From the sequence record DRR723986_8478: a stretch of DNA of 53,702 bases, one strand, 5' to 3'. Made by a program: the position numbers and the translations under genes. Within the stretch, counting starts at the first letter, position 1. Every line of letters begins with the position of its first letter. Below, in pieces: positions 18,695-28,767 of the stretch. The notes beneath the pieces are model-generated. The model searched no databases, was not told where the DNA came from, and saw only the letters and a program-made list of their open reading frames with translations.

Positions 18695-20386
18695 TCAGGC
18701 AGTTTGCTCTTGCAAACGCTTCTTTTCCATGTCGCGAAGCTCCCGGCGAAGCACTTTGCCAACCGGGCTCTTGGGTAGTTCTTTCATAAATTCCACATGG
18801 CGTGGAATTTTGTAGGCGGTCATGTGTTTGCGGCAATGCTCAATCACATGCTCCGCGGTTAAGTCTGGGTCTTTTTTGACTACAAACAGTTTCACAGCCT
18901 CGCCGGTTTTGCTATCGGGTACACCCACGGCAGCCGCTTCGAAAATACCGTTCAACAAAGTGGCCACGGCCTCAATTTCCTTGGGGTACACATTAAAGCC
19001 CGACACCAGAATCATGTCCTTCTTGCGGTCGGTAATGTAGAAATAGCCGTTTTCGTCCATGTAGGCGATATCGCCTGTTTTCAGCCAGCCATCTTGTGTC
19101 AGGATTTCAGCAGTTTCGCGAGGTTTGTTCCAGTAACCACGCATCACCTGCGGGCCTTTCAAGCACAATTCGCCTTCCTGTCCAACAGGCAACTCGTTGA
19201 AGTCGTCGTCACGAATAGTCACGTCAGTGGACGGTACGGGTAAACCAATCGATCCGTTGTACTCCTCGTGCAGGGGATTAATACACACTGCGGGCGAGGC
19301 CTCGGTTAAACCATAAGCCTCCGATAAACGCGTACCTGTCACTTTCTTCCACCGGTCGGCCACCGCAGGCTCAATGGCGGCACCACCGCCCAACACCAGC
19401 TTCACATGGGAAAAATCGACTTGATCAAACCCTGGGGTATTCAACAAGCCATTGAACAAGGTGTTGACCCCCGTCAGCGCCGTAAATGGCACGGCAGCCA
19501 GCGTTTTCACAAAAGCTTTCATGTTCCTGGGGTCTGTAATCAACAGACAATGACCGCCCACCTTGATAAACACCAGAATATTCGCGGTCAAGCAGAAGAT
19601 GTGATACATGGGAAGCGCGGTGATCGCAATTTCCTTGCCCTCTTCAATATCCTGATTTAACCAAGCTGAGGCCTGCTGCAGATTGGCGACAATATTTCCA
19701 TGGGTCAGCATTGCACCTTTCGCCACACCAGTGGTGCCCCCGGTGTATTGCAGAAACGCCAAATCGTCGTGGGTAATATTGACCTTGCGAAGTTCAGTGT
19801 TGCGGCCTTGAGCCAAGGCCTTTTTAAAAGTAATGGCACCCGCGATATTGAACGCTGGCACCAGCTTCTTCACGTAGCGCACCACAAAGTTAAGCAATAC
19901 TCGCTTGAAAAAGCCGTGCATTTCGCCCATCGACGCCAGTACGATGTGCTCGACAGGCGTATTTTTGATCACCTTTTCCAGCGTGTGAGCTACGTTCTCA
20001 AACACCACAATCACCTTGGCACCTGAGTCCCGCAGTTGATGCTCAAGCTCGGTGGGGGTGTACAACGGGTTCACGTTCACAGCGACAAAACCGGCGCGGA
20101 TCGCACCCAACATGGCCACAGGGTACTGCAGCAAATTGGGCATCATAAATGCCACACGGTCGCCCTTCTTCATGCCTGGCAGACTTTGCAGGTAGGCACC
20201 AAAATCACGGGTTAGTGAATCCAGACGCTCATAGGTCAGCGCTGTTCCCATGTTGCTGAAAGCGGTTTTATCGGCGAACTTGCGACTTGCGTCCTCAAAA
20301 ATATCCCGAATAGAGGGGTACTGATCCAAATCAACCGACGTGGGTACACCCGGCGGGTAGCTCTGAATCCAGGCTTTATCTGTCAC
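18695..20386 (-). CDS. fadD: Long-chain-fatty-acid-CoA ligase
   Basis: LQYTGGTTGVAKGAML, EAYGLTEASP, GWLKTGD and DRKKDMILVSGFNVYP. GTG start with AGGAG RBS. Confidence 0.93.
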   Translation of the reverse strand: MTDKAWIQSYPPGVPTSVDLDQYPSIRDIFEDASRKFADKTAFSNMGTALTYERLDSLTRDFGAYLQSLPGMKKGDRVAFMMPNLLQYPVAMLGAIRAGFVAVNVNPLYTPTELEHQLRDSGAKVIVVFENVAHTLEKVIKNTPVEHIVLASMGEMHGFFKRVLLNFVVRYVKKLVPAFNIAGAITFKKALAQGRNTELRKVNITHDDLAFLQYTGGTTGVAKGAMLTHGNIVANLQQASAWLNQDIEEGKEIAITALPMYHIFCLTANILVFIKVGGHCLLITDPRNMKAFVKTLAAVPFTALTGVNTLFNGLLNTPGFDQVDFSHVKLVLGGGAAIEPAVADRWKKVTGTRLSEAYGLTEASPAVCINPLHEEYNGSIGLPVPSTDVTIRDDDFNELPVGQEGELCLKGPQVMRGYWNKPRETAEILTQDGWLKTGDIAYMDENGYFYITDRKKDMILVSGFNVYPKEIEAVATLLNGIFEAAAVGVPDSKTGEAVKLFVVKKDPDLTAEHVIEHCRKHMTAYKIPRHVEFMKELPKSPVGKVLRRELRDMEKKRLQEQTA

Positions 20387-20518
20387 AAATGTCTCCTTCT
20401 TGTAGGCACTGCCGTGCTTCGCAACTGTTTTGTATTGATGGAAAACAATACCGGAATATCAAAGAGCATGGATTCTAATGCACTACGATTGCGATGTGTA
20501 CCTGCACCAAAGGCGTGA

Positions 20519-21226
20519 TCAAGGAAATTTCGACAAGGTGCCTTGTCGAATCCCTTCCAGGATGGACATTTCACGCTCTTGAATCAACTGGAAAAACAGG
20601 GTTGGCTTTTCAAGCGAGGCAAAAGCATCCAGGCCTTGACTCAAAAAATCGTGGAAATCCTCTAAATTCGCCTTTTGCGCTGCACCACGTGTCATCTTCA
20701 TCAATGACCGTAAAAAAGGCAGGCGCATCAACTTGCGCAAGGATTCTCCGACCTCACGTACCAACAAAATTTGACGCTCTCGCAAATCAAATTGCCCTTG
20801 TTGCCTGAAGGCCTCTATGTAGGATTTTTCTTTAAGTTCATTGTCAGAATAAAACTCTTTCTCATTGATATAACTGGTAATTTCATCATCCAATAGCTCG
20901 GCCAAATAGTCCATATAAATCACTTTTCTCACCGTATCTACTGCACCGCCAGGTAGCAATTTCTCCAGTTTGGGCAACACCCTTTCTACTTGGTGATCCC
21001 GAGTGCTGACATCGTGCGTGCAATACAGTTGATCCAGGAAAAAACGACAGGCTGCATGCATGCCCTTGTCTTCCAGTAAATCCTTATAAGTAAATTCCAA
21101 CCTGTTGTTTTGAAATATTTTTAAGTCTGTCTTTAAGCGCAAAAAATCGACTGACCGTCCTTCACCTCGACGAAGGGCAGCGATGGCTTTTTGTAATTCG
21201 AGAGGGGAACTGTGAATATCAATCAT
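20519..21226 (-). CDS. Hypothetical protein, FFLEELY-motif family-like
   Basis: FQNNRLEFTYKDLL..ACRFFLDQLY..RD and FLSQGLDAF. All-helical in appearance, function unknown. Confidence 0.75.
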   Translation of the reverse strand: MIDIHSSPLELQKAIAALRRGEGRSVDFLRLKTDLKIFQNNRLEFTYKDLLEDKGMHAACRFFLDQLYCTHDVSTRDHQVERVLPKLEKLLPGGAVDTVRKVIYMDYLAELLDDEITSYINEKEFYSDNELKEKSYIEAFRQQGQFDLRERQILLVREVGESLRKLMRLPFLRSLMKMTRGAAQKANLEDFHDFLSQGLDAFASLEKPTLFFQLIQEREMSILEGIRQGTLSKFP

Positions 21227-21267
21227 GGCGATTCAATTGCGCTTGTATGTTGAAGCCCCACATCGTT

Positions 21268-21282
21268 TGCTGCATAGCAGCA
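21268..21282. promoter_or_regulatory. Palindromic operator, PhaR-box-like
   Basis: Perfect arms TGCTGC-ATA-GCAGCA (CTGC-N3-GCAG core) in a divergent promoter region. Confidence 0.5.
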
Positions 21283-21354
21283 CAAATCAGACATGGAAAA
21301 TAGTCAAAATTTATGTTTACATCCGTTAATGTTAAACCGGAGAGTGAGACAAAA

Positions 21355-22809
21355 ATGAATGCCCCTTCCAAAGCACACGGCCAAGAATTGACAGCAGCAG
21401 AACTAAAAGCAACTTTGGAGTCCTTGAAGCAAGCTTACCGCATCAACCCTTACCCAGAGTGGAGCCAGCGAAAGGCCTGGTTAATGGCGTTGAGCGACAT
21501 GATCTATGACAACAAACTGAGAATCGCAGAGGCCATTTCCGAAGATTTTGGCTATCGCTCCAAAAATGACACGCTGTTGGCCGAAGTGTTTCCTTCTCTT
21601 GAAGGTATTCGCCACGCGATCAAACATGGCAAGGGATGGATGAAGCCCCGCCATGAAGGTGCCAGCATTTGGTTCAAACCCGCCAGCACCTGCCTCATGC
21701 CCCAACCTTTGGGCGTGGTGGGTGTGATCGTACCCTGGAATTACCCCTTGTTTTTATCCATCGGCCCCATGATTGCTGCGCTTGCGGCGGGAAATCGTGT
21801 GTTCATCAAGATGAGTGAATACACACCCCGCTTCAGCGCCCTGCTCGATGAATTGCTGGCCAAGGCGCTGGGCCGCGAGGTGGTACAGGTGATCAATGGT
21901 GGGCCTGAGGTCGCAGCCGAGTTCTCTCGCTTGCCTTTCGACCATCTGTTGTTCACTGGCTCAACCCCAGTAGGAAAAATGGTCATGAAGGCAGCCAGTG
22001 AAAACCTGGTGCCAGTGACGCTTGAACTGGGTGGCAAAAGCCCTGTGATCATTACCGCACCTACCGTAGCCAACCCCAGCCGGTTTGAAAATGCGATTGC
22101 GCGAACCTTGTCTGGCAAGTCGATCAATGCGGGTCAAACCTGCATTGCCCCCGACTACCTCATGGTTCCTGAAGGCTGTGAAGAACAGTTGATCTCTCAC
22201 GCCAAGGCGATCATCGATCGCCGCTTCCCGGATGGAATCCTGTCCAAGGATTTCACTGGCATCGTTTCCGATCGTCACGCAACCCGCTTGCAACGACTGA
22301 TCGACGAGGCTGCGGAACAAGGGGCACGTGTGGTGACACTCATGAAAACTGCCGACAGCCCGGGCCGCAAAATCCCGATGACACTGGTATTTAACGCCAA
22401 ACCAGATTCCATGCTGATGCAAGAGGAAATTTTTGGCCCGGTGCTGCCTGTGATCACCTACAAACGTTTGGATGAAGCGCTTGATTACATCAACGACCGT
22501 CCTCGCCCACTGGCGCTGTACTTGTTTGACGATGAATCAAAAACCCAGGATATGGTGATGAAGCAAACAATCGCCGGCGGCGTGTGCTTGAACGAAACCC
22601 TGTTCCACATCGCACAGGAAAACCTGCCCTTTGGTGGTGTGGGCGACTCCGGTATGGGCCATTACCACGGCAAATTTGGTTTTGACACCATGACCAAATT
22701 GAAACCTATTTTCAAGCAAAGCCGTTTTCACGTTATGGAAATGTTGTCCCCTCCCTATGACAACAAGATGTTTGCTTTCATGACCAAACTGCTGACTCGC
22801 AAGGTATAA
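21355..22809 (+). CDS. Aldehyde dehydrogenase, CalB/LaoC type
   Basis: PWNYP, FTGS, LELGGKSP, NAGQTCIAPDY, EEIFGP and LPFGGVG. First gene of a laoC-laoB-laoA-like triad. Confidence 0.92.
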   Translation: MNAPSKAHGQELTAAELKATLESLKQAYRINPYPEWSQRKAWLMALSDMIYDNKLRIAEAISEDFGYRSKNDTLLAEVFPSLEGIRHAIKHGKGWMKPRHEGASIWFKPASTCLMPQPLGVVGVIVPWNYPLFLSIGPMIAALAAGNRVFIKMSEYTPRFSALLDELLAKALGREVVQVINGGPEVAAEFSRLPFDHLLFTGSTPVGKMVMKAASENLVPVTLELGGKSPVIITAPTVANPSRFENAIARTLSGKSINAGQTCIAPDYLMVPEGCEEQLISHAKAIIDRRFPDGILSKDFTGIVSDRHATRLQRLIDEAAEQGARVVTLMKTADSPGRKIPMTLVFNAKPDSMLMQEEIFGPVLPVITYKRLDEALDYINDRPRPLALYLFDDESKTQDMVMKQTIAGGVCLNETLFHIAQENLPFGGVGDSGMGHYHGKFGFDTMTKLKPIFKQSRFHVMEMLSPPYDNKMFAFMTKLLTRKV

Positions 22810-22820
22810 GCCTAAGCTTC

Positions 22821-23336
22821 ATGAACAGACGTCAATTTTTTAAATTCGGTGCCGCTGGCCTGCTGTTGGCCGGCGGTCTGAGTTGGCTGGGCAAGCACTT
22901 TGCCAAGGTGGAAGTGGTCGCAGGTCAATCCGTGGTTCAGCAACGGCACATCCCCATGCTGAAGGCGATCGCCGAGGGGCTACTAGACCCTGCGCTACCA
23001 GCGTCAGGGAGAACCCAAGCAATTGAAGCGGCGGTAAACGCGTTTGTAAGTGCGACCAATACATTGGCACCGAACGCACAAGCCGAGCTTGGGCAACTTT
23101 TGAATATTCTTGAAAACCCGGTCGGAAGAAGGCTGATTGCTGATTTGGGAAGCAGCTGGGACGACGCTACACCTTTGCAAGTTCAAGCCTTTTTGGCCTC
23201 GTTTCGAGATCACCCCATCCCGGCACTTCAGCCCGGCTACCATGCACTTCACGACCTGATGATGGCCGCTTGGTACGGGCTACCCAGCCAGTGGGCCGAT
23301 ATGGGCTACCCTGGCCCACCGTTCCAAATTCTCTGA
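22821..23336 (+). CDS. Twin-arginine signal protein, LaoB-like partner of GMC oxidoreductase
   Basis: MNRRQFFK Tat motif. C-terminal WY...W...GYPGPP is typical of this partner subunit. Confidence 0.82.
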   Translation: MNRRQFFKFGAAGLLLAGGLSWLGKHFAKVEVVAGQSVVQQRHIPMLKAIAEGLLDPALPASGRTQAIEAAVNAFVSATNTLAPNAQAELGQLLNILENPVGRRLIADLGSSWDDATPLQVQAFLASFRDHPIPALQPGYHALHDLMMAAWYGLPSQWADMGYPGPPFQIL

Positions 23337-23351
23337 CCCTCGACTTGATCA

Positions 23352-25007
23352 ATGACTGAATACGAAATGAAATCCATGGGCGAATTAGCGGGCGGATTGG
23401 TACCCGACCTTTTTGCTGCGGGGGTCGCAAATGGCTGGAAAGCCTACGAGGCCCACAAACGCGAAATGCCCAAACAAATAAGTGCTGATGTAGTGATTAT
23501 CGGCACTGGTGCCGGTGGCGGTATTACAGCTGAAATATGCGCCAAGGCAGGTTTGAAAGTTTTGATGATTGAAGAAGGTCCACTCAAAACTTCAAAAGAT
23601 TTCAAAATGCTCGAGTCAGTGGCTTATCCAACGCTATATCAGGAAAGTGCTGGCCGCAAAACCGCCGACAAAGCCATCAATATTTTGCAGGGCCGTACAG
23701 TAGGCGGCTCAACCACCGTGAACTGGACATCCAGTTTCAGGACTCCTGCCGACACGTTGGCCTTTTGGCAAAAGCAGTTTGCATTGAAAGACATGACCGT
23801 GGAGGCCATGGCCCCTTGGTTTGAGCAAGCCGAGCGTCGCCTGAATATTGCGGATTGGCAAGTGCCACCGAATGAAAACAACGATCTGTTGCGCCGTGGC
23901 GCCGAGGCCAAAGGAATTTCCTGGGGCGCCATTCGGCGCAATGTGAAGGATTGCTGGAATCTGGGTTATTGCGGCATGGGCTGCCCCACCAATGCCAAGC
24001 AATCCATGTTGGTTTCGACCATTCCCGCCGCACTTGACCAGGGTGCCGAGCTGATCGCCGCCCTACGCGCTCACTCATTTAAAATTTCTCAAGGTCGAAT
24101 TCGTACCTTGCGCTGCCAGGTCATGAATGCGGACGGTGTGTTGCCCTCTGGAAAGGAGGTTGAAATCACTGCCAAGCATTTTGTACTGTCTGGCGGCGCC
24201 ATCAACAGCCCAGCGCTATTGCTGCGCTCGAACGCGAGTGATCCCTATGACCGCTTGGGTGAGCGTACCACCCTTCATCCTGTGGTGATTTCCGCTGCAA
24301 TGATGGAACAGGAGGTACGCGCTGACGCCGGTGCGCCCCAGACCATCTACAGCGACCATTATTTGCACACCGACCCGATTGACGGACCGGTAGGTTTCAA
24401 ACTGGAAGCGCCGCCCCTACACCCGGTAATTTTTGCTTCGACTCTGCCCGGCTTTGCAAAAAAGCATTCAGACATCATGAAGAATTTCTCGAAAACGCAC
24501 ATGCAACTGGCCTTGCTTCGCGACGGGTTTAATTCAGGAAGTGTGGGTGGTCAGGTTCGGCTGAATAGCGATGGCAGCCCTGTGCTGGATTACAAACTGA
24601 CCCCTGCGATTTGGGATGCCGCTCGCCGGGCCCTGGTCGCCATGGCCGAATTGCAGCATGCCGCAGGCGCACTCAGTACACTGCCTGTACACGAGTACTC
24701 CAAACCGGCCAGCAACATTGATGAAGCCTTGAAGCAGATCAATGAGCTCGATATGAAACCACTGAGCATGAAAGTGGTTTCCGCCCATGTCATGGGTGGC
24801 TGTGCCATGGCGGGCGAAGAGAAGCTGGGGGTCACCAGGCCAGATGGTCGCCACTGGCAAATCGAGAATTTGTCCATTCATGATGGCTCTTTATTCCCGA
24901 CAAGTATCGGCGCCAACCCTCAGCTTTCCATTTACGGACTGACGAACAAACTAAGCCAACAACTGGTGACTGAACTGACTGGCCAAGCAGCCACTGCCCT
25001 GGCTTAA
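23352..25007 (+). CDS. GMC-family oxidoreductase, long-chain alcohol dehydrogenase/oxidase (LaoA-like)
   Basis: GTGAGGG FAD motif, VGGSTTVNW, CWNLGYCGMGCP Cys cluster, SAHVMGGC and FPTSIGANP. Confidence 0.9.
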   Translation: MTEYEMKSMGELAGGLVPDLFAAGVANGWKAYEAHKREMPKQISADVVIIGTGAGGGITAEICAKAGLKVLMIEEGPLKTSKDFKMLESVAYPTLYQESAGRKTADKAINILQGRTVGGSTTVNWTSSFRTPADTLAFWQKQFALKDMTVEAMAPWFEQAERRLNIADWQVPPNENNDLLRRGAEAKGISWGAIRRNVKDCWNLGYCGMGCPTNAKQSMLVSTIPAALDQGAELIAALRAHSFKISQGRIRTLRCQVMNADGVLPSGKEVEITAKHFVLSGGAINSPALLLRSNASDPYDRLGERTTLHPVVISAAMMEQEVRADAGAPQTIYSDHYLHTDPIDGPVGFKLEAPPLHPVIFASTLPGFAKKHSDIMKNFSKTHMQLALLRDGFNSGSVGGQVRLNSDGSPVLDYKLTPAIWDAARRALVAMAELQHAAGALSTLPVHEYSKPASNIDEALKQINELDMKPLSMKVVSAHVMGGCAMAGEEKLGVTRPDGRHWQIENLSIHDGSLFPTSIGANPQLSIYGLTNKLSQQLVTELTGQAATALA

Positions 25008-25012
25008 GAATC

Positions 25013-26023
25013 ATGATTCGTCACCTGAACCGACTGTACTGGCTAGGCTACATTTCAGTCATGTTTGGCCTGTATTGGGTACTTCATCACTGGTTTGGCG
25101 TCAGGGCTGACAATTCGGCCGTGGCAGCGATTGGCCTCGTGGCGGGTGTTCTCTTCGCAGCGCATGTGGGCTTTAATGTGTCCGGCTTTGCACTGTCCTA
25201 CAGTGTTCGCCAGATCCCGCAGGTGCGGGACAAGGGGCTACCCTTTCATAGTACAGAAGGTGAAGGTTTCCATCGACTCAGCATTCCTCGATGGATCAAG
25301 GCCGTGCTGATTGAAAGCTTCAGTTCACTCAAACTAATCACACTACTTCAACCCTGGGCACCGAATCCGGACGGCATCCGCCTGGCAGGCAAAACATGGC
25401 GCAAGAAAAAACCACTTCCTGTATTGCTTGTGCACGGTTATTTGTGTAATTCCGCGGTGTGGGCAGGCACGCGTGCCCTGCTTGATCGCGCTGATGTGAG
25501 CACCCACGCCATTACACTTGAACCAGCCATTGGCTCCATTCGCAGCTATTCCGAAGCTATTCATGAAGCAATTGACGAACTGCTGGTCGCAACTGGTGCA
25601 CCCCAGGTAAAAATAATCGCGCACAGTATGGGCGGTGTCGCTGTTCGCTTCCATGCCACGGAATATGGTCACCACAGAATTGCAGGCATGATCACCGTTG
25701 GCAGCCCTCATTACGGTACAGCACTGTCCACCTTGGGCATTGGCAAGAATGTCAAACAAATGGCTTGGGGTAGTTACTTCTTGAAAACCCTGAGGGAGCA
25801 TCCCACTGACCGGGAATTTCAAACCAAAATCTGGTCACTCTGGAGCCCGCAAGACAACATTGTGTGCCCACCGGTATCCAGCAAACTGGAGTATGGAAAA
25901 AATACCGCCGTGCCCGGCTGCGGGCACGTGGCTTTGCTCAACGACTCCACCACAGAAGACCTGATCCTCAACTGGCTTGCAGAAGACGCTCAGGCCTATC
26001 CCTTGGCGGCAAATCGCGCTTAG
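25013..26023 (+). CDS. Membrane-anchored alpha/beta hydrolase (lipase/esterase)
   Basis: Two N-terminal TMs, LLVHGY oxyanion motif, AHSMGG nucleophile, D(NIV) and GH triad candidates. Confidence 0.85.
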   Translation: MIRHLNRLYWLGYISVMFGLYWVLHHWFGVRADNSAVAAIGLVAGVLFAAHVGFNVSGFALSYSVRQIPQVRDKGLPFHSTEGEGFHRLSIPRWIKAVLIESFSSLKLITLLQPWAPNPDGIRLAGKTWRKKKPLPVLLVHGYLCNSAVWAGTRALLDRADVSTHAITLEPAIGSIRSYSEAIHEAIDELLVATGAPQVKIIAHSMGGVAVRFHATEYGHHRIAGMITVGSPHYGTALSTLGIGKNVKQMAWGSYFLKTLREHPTDREFQTKIWSLWSPQDNIVCPPVSSKLEYGKNTAVPGCGHVALLNDSTTEDLILNWLAEDAQAYPLAANRA

Positions 26024-28005
26024 AAGTGGATACCTTGCATCAGCGTTGAGAATGCAACCTGTTCTGCCGATGGACCACTTCCTTTCTTGCCTTTCGCGGC
26101 CGATTCCGAATCCGGGAACATGCGGAAAGACGTATTCATCAAAATTTGCGCTGGCTTGGGTATCAGCGCATGCATCACCTGCCCCAATACGCCCAGACGG
26201 GTTGCAATGCGAACCGGCTTGTGAATCACGGCTTGCGCGATCAAATCAGCCGCCTGCTCGGGGCTCAGCGTAGGCACGTTGTTGTACAACTTGGTGGGTG
26301 CAATCATGGGGGTACGCACCAAAGGCATATTGATGGTGGTGAACGTGATGTTCAGGTCTGCAAACTCGGAGGCCGCACAACGGGTCCATGCATCCAGCGC
26401 CCCTTTGGAGGCCACATAGGCGGAGAAACGTGGCGCGTTGGTCAACACCCCAATCGACGAAATATTCACCACATGACCTTTGCGACGCTCCATCATTTTC
26501 GGCAACAAGCCATAAGTCACCCTCAGGGCACCAAAATAGTTCAACTGCATGGTGCGCTCAAGGTCGTGGAAACGATCAAAGCTGTTCTCAATGCCACGCC
26601 GAATTGAACGGCCTGCATTGTTGATCAAAATATCGACGTGGCCAAAATCAGCCAACAATTGCGATACGAACCGGTCGCAATCCTGCATGTCCGCAATATC
26701 AACCGAGTAAGTGTGCAACTCATAGCCGTCAGCTTTCACCAAGGCTTTGGCCTCGGCAAGCTTTTCTTCATCACGGCCACAAATTACCGTAATTGCGCCG
26801 GCTGCTGCGAATTTTTGTGCGGCGGCCAAACCAATACCCGAGGAGCCACCGGTGATGAGTACTACTTTGTCTTTCACCTGACCAGTCAAACTGCGGTCGA
26901 TAAACAAATCGGGATCCAGGTGACGCTCCCAGTAATCCCAAATTGCCCAAGCGTAATCTTCAAGACGTGGACATGCAATACCGCTGCCCTCCAGCGCGGC
27001 CACGGTTTGGCGACAATCATAACGGGTGGGCCAGTTGATATAACCAAACACCTCTTCGGGCAAAGCCAGGTCTTTTAACAAGGCGTTGCGAATGCGGCGG
27101 ACTGGCGTCAGACTCATCAAACCTTTTTTAACCGCACCAGGCACGAAACCAAACATGGCTGCGTTAATCCGCATTTCCATTTTCGGCGCATGGGCTGCGC
27201 GAGCAAAGGTGTTCAGAACATCGCCAATTCGACCCGGGTTGGGGTCAACCAAATGGAATGCTTTACCGTCCAAATCCGGTTGGTGTGCAATGTAATCCAT
27301 CGCATTGACCACAAAATCGACGGGTACAATATTGATTCGCCCGCCTTCAATACCAATCGTTGGCACCCAGGAAGGCAACAACTTGCGCATTTTCTGGATT
27401 AGCTTGAACAGATAATACGGTCCATCAATTTTGTCCATCTCACCAGTTTTGGAATCGCCCACCACGAAACCAGGGCGGTAGACTCGCCACGCACCCTTGA
27501 CCTTCTTGCGCACGATCGCCTCTGAATCATGCTTGGTGCGGAAATATGGATGATCCAGATTCTCAGCTTCTTCAAACATGTCTTCACGGAAGATGCCTTC
27601 ATAAAGACCCGCTGCCGCGATCGACGAGGTTAGCTGAAAGCAGCCCGCGCCAATTGCATTGGCAAGGTCAACTGCGTTCTCGGTGCCTTTGATATTGGTC
27701 TCTTGCTGGCTTTCCGCATCAGCAGCCAAATCGTAAATGGCAGCCAGGTGAAAAAAATGGGCAATGTTTTTGCTCAGCTCTTTGATCTCGGTGGCTTTCA
27801 ATCCCAGCTTGGGTTTGGTGAGGTCACCCACCACAGGCACACACTGTCCTTTTTTGGCGCCCCAATACTTTTGCAGTTCGGGTACTTTGTCCAGGCTTGA
27901 TTCACGAATCAAAAAGTAAATCGTGCCTTTGCGCTTTTGCTCAACCAAGCGCTTCACCAATCGTTTACCGATGAAGCCAGTGGCTCCGGTCACAAAATAA
28001 TTCAT
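26020..28005 (-). CDS. Two-domain SDR fatty acyl-CoA reductase (Marinobacter Maqu_2507-like, alcohol forming)
   Basis: 661 aa. N-terminal extended SDR (MNYFVTGATGFIG, YFRTK) and C-terminal Acr1-like SDR (TGGSSGIG, NNAGRSIRR, PRFSAYVASK, MPLVRTPMIAPT). Confidence 0.88.
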   Translation of the reverse strand: MNYFVTGATGFIGKRLVKRLVEQKRKGTIYFLIRESSLDKVPELQKYWGAKKGQCVPVVGDLTKPKLGLKATEIKELSKNIAHFFHLAAIYDLAADAESQQETNIKGTENAVDLANAIGAGCFQLTSSIAAAGLYEGIFREDMFEEAENLDHPYFRTKHDSEAIVRKKVKGAWRVYRPGFVVGDSKTGEMDKIDGPYYLFKLIQKMRKLLPSWVPTIGIEGGRINIVPVDFVVNAMDYIAHQPDLDGKAFHLVDPNPGRIGDVLNTFARAAHAPKMEMRINAAMFGFVPGAVKKGLMSLTPVRRIRNALLKDLALPEEVFGYINWPTRYDCRQTVAALEGSGIACPRLEDYAWAIWDYWERHLDPDLFIDRSLTGQVKDKVVLITGGSSGIGLAAAQKFAAAGAITVICGRDEEKLAEAKALVKADGYELHTYSVDIADMQDCDRFVSQLLADFGHVDILINNAGRSIRRGIENSFDRFHDLERTMQLNYFGALRVTYGLLPKMMERRKGHVVNISSIGVLTNAPRFSAYVASKGALDAWTRCAASEFADLNITFTTINMPLVRTPMIAPTKLYNNVPTLSPEQAADLIAQAVIHKPVRIATRLGVLGQVMHALIPKPAQILMNTSFRMFPDSESAAKGKKGSGPSAEQVAFSTLMQGIHF

Positions 28006-28249
28006 GTATGTCTTCTCCGCGCGGGGTTTTTTTATGGAAGATACGTCTTTGGAAGGCTTACTATAACTGCCCGACCGAAATTCTCAAACTCCATGCGGTC
28101 TGAAACGGTATTTTGTCAGCACCGTACTTACGGGAAAACACGAGGTAGGGTTTAGTGTGCCTTCTCTAGTGTGGCATCGATAAACTACTACAATAAACAA
28201 AAAAGGCTCAGCCCCCCACGGGCTATTCGCCATCACAAGGAGAGACAAC

Positions 28250-28696
28250 ATGGCCGGTAAGAAAAAACCCATCAAAGGCGCAGTAGACAGCGCTCAACAA
28301 TTGTGGACCGCAGGCGTGGGTGCCATCACCAAAGCGCAAGAAGAAAGCAACCGTGTTTTGGAAAACCTGGTCAAGGAAGGCCATGAAATTCAGGAGCGAA
28401 CCGTGAAATTTGCAGATCAAAAAGTGGTTGAAGTGACTGGCAAAGTCAGCAAACTTGCTGGCTCAGTGTCCAGCAAAGCCACCCAACACTGGGACAAGCT
28501 GGAGCAAGTGTTCGAAGAGCGCGTTGCCCGCGCGCTGGGTCGCTTGGGGGTTCCAACCAACAAGGACGTCCAACAACTGTCCGAGCGCATTGATCAATTG
28601 TCAGCTGCAATTGCCGAATTGACCGGCAAAAAGGTGGACACCAAAGCCAGTGCTACCAAACGGACCACCACTCGCACTAAAAAATCCGCCGAGTAA
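28250..28696 (+). CDS. Phasin (PhaF/PhaI-type granule-associated protein)
   Basis: QLWTAGVGA...LVKEG and WDKLEQVFEERVARALGRLGVP, with a basic C-tail. AGGAG RBS. Confidence 0.9.
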   Translation: MAGKKKPIKGAVDSAQQLWTAGVGAITKAQEESNRVLENLVKEGHEIQERTVKFADQKVVEVTGKVSKLAGSVSSKATQHWDKLEQVFEERVARALGRLGVPTNKDVQQLSERIDQLSAAIAELTGKKVDTKASATKRTTTRTKKSAE

Positions 28697-28767
28697 TTGA
28701 ATCCTAAGCCGACAGGGCCAAAGGCGGTCTTGTCGGACACACTTTGGGGCTGGAGCTCATAACCCGC

